Assembly: GCA_031550755.1 (NCBI GenBank)
Contig: JAVBOJ010000010.1
Location: 1-53,814, forward strand
Source of the DNA: Oscillospiraceae bacterium
GTDB lineage: Bacteria; Bacillota; Clostridia; Oscillospirales; UBA929
Reading direction: 5' to 3'
Length of the DNA stretch: 53,814 nucleotides
The number at the start of each line of letters is the position of its first letter. Positions within the stretch are counted from its first letter, which is position 1. The notes under the pieces were generated by a model. The model had not been told where the DNA came from. It searched no databases and worked only from the letters and a program-made list of their open reading frames with translations. Positions 52,917 to 53,814 of the stretch are shown in pieces. A program made the position numbers and the translations under genes.

Positions 52917-53478
52917 GCGGCGCGCCTCCCTTCATGACCACGGCCAAAAATACGGCCGGGGCTCCGTCCAGCGCCCGCATGGCGTGGGGCTGCCCCGCGT
53001 CAAAGTAGGCGCTGTCGCCGGGGGCCAGCTCGTAGGAGATTTCTCCCACAAACAGCCGCATCCGGCCGGACAGCAAATAGTCAAACTCCTGCCCCTCATG
53101 GGTATGCAAAACCGGCGCGTCCTCCTTGGGCTCCACCGTCACGAGAAACGGGTCGGCGAGCTTTTTGCGGAAGGTGAACGCCAAGTGCTTGTAGCTGTAA
53201 GCTTTACGCCGGTCGATGGCAAAGCCTTCGCCGGCGCGTGTAATGCAGCAGGAGGATAACCTCGGACTGTCCCCGGTGAGAAGATCGACGACATCCACGC
53301 CCAGCGCCGCGGCGGCGTTGCTCAAAAACGAGAACGAAAAATCCGCCTCGCCGCGCTCATAGGCCAATAGCTCCGGCAGGCTGACGCCGGTTTTCCGGGC
53401 AAATTCCTCCGGAGAAATCTCCTCCAGCCCGCGCAGGGCGGAGAGTCTCCGTCCGATGTCCCGCAATTGTTCGGTCAT
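52903..53478 (-). CDS. XRE family HTH regulator with C-terminal cupin domain
   Basis: The HTH region IGRRLSALRGLEEISPEEFARKTGVSLPELLAYERG is followed by the cupin motif HTHEGQEFDYLLSG...GDSAYFDAGQPH. Confidence 0.85.
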   Translation of the reverse strand: MTEQLRDIGRRLSALRGLEEISPEEFARKTGVSLPELLAYERGEADFSFSFLSNAAAALGVDVVDLLTGDSPRLSSCCITRAGEGFAIDRRKAYSYKHLAFTFRKKLADPFLVTVEPKEDAPVLHTHEGQEFDYLLSGRMRLFVGEISYELAPGDSAYFDAGQPHAMRALDGAPAVFLAVVMKGGAPHGAV

Positions 53479-53625
53479 GGAATATTCCTCCTTGAAAAGT
53501 GTTTCTTATTATCATATACGGGATAGGGGTGGTTGTCAAATGAATTTGTTGTGATCCTTTTCTGAAACTATATTTACACATGTCTATATTTAACATATGT
53601 TTATTTTAACAGGAGGGTGTGAATC

Positions 53626-53814
53626 ATGTTCAAAAAGGTTAAGGTCATCTTTGTCCTGACGGCTGTTTTTCTTGTGGCCGGCGTTTTGACGGCCGGTCTG
53701 CTCACGCCGTCCGCCGTCGCCGGCCCGGACGGGCCTCAGGGACTTCTTAAACAGTCGGATTATCCCAAAAACGAGAGCGGGCAGACTTACGGCTCCTCCG
53801 CCGATGCCGCCACA
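53626..53814 (+). CDS. Secreted/membrane-anchored protein, 5' partial (runs off the window)
   Basis: An AGGAGGG RBS precedes the ATG. The product MFKKVKVIFVLTAVFLVAGVLTAGLL is signal-anchor-like, and the frame is open to the end of the window. Confidence 0.5.
   Translation, partial: MFKKVKVIFVLTAVFLVAGVLTAGLLTPSAVAGPDGPQGLLKQSDYPKNESGQTYGSSADAAT

Overview
This is a 53.8-kb chromosomal segment from a high-GC, spore-forming Firmicute. The gene content looks clostridial: gpr germination protease, YitT, Asp23/YloV, MnmE, ParB, MetG, PyrE, RsmA and pyruvate kinase. I count about 55 protein genes, one tRNA-Ala(GGC) and one TPP riboswitch. The first ~4.3 kb is visibly AT-richer by eye. It is a decayed mobile-element remnant holding an RHS-tip/relaxase chimera, a blaI-blaR1(M56-M23) cassette, an amber-interrupted element-type sigma factor and a serine-recombinase tail. 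It abuts the tRNA-Ala, which itself has a duplicated 27-bp 5' segment. A second AT-richer patch (16.7-18.1 kb) is a wrecked type I R-M locus. Four non-obvious signals stand out. (i) An unannotated type I toxin-antitoxin-like module at 21.98-22.49 kb, with a 28-codon holin-like ORF, a ~270-nt structured leader, a convergent antisense sRNA and twin consensus promoters. (ii) A family of 7-nt tandem arrays (CTGTTAT/CTGTTAA/TGAACAG, also TTCTTAA) sitting on gene 3' ends and supplying stop codons in all three frames, embedded in modular GC-rich hairpin repeats. (iii) An orphan TIR-domain gene. (iv) A GAFTGA-less bEBP-like regulator divergent from three tandem CPBP proteases. All homology calls are motif recognition by eye. 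No database search, folding or statistics could be run, and gene starts were chosen from RBS and overlap logic.
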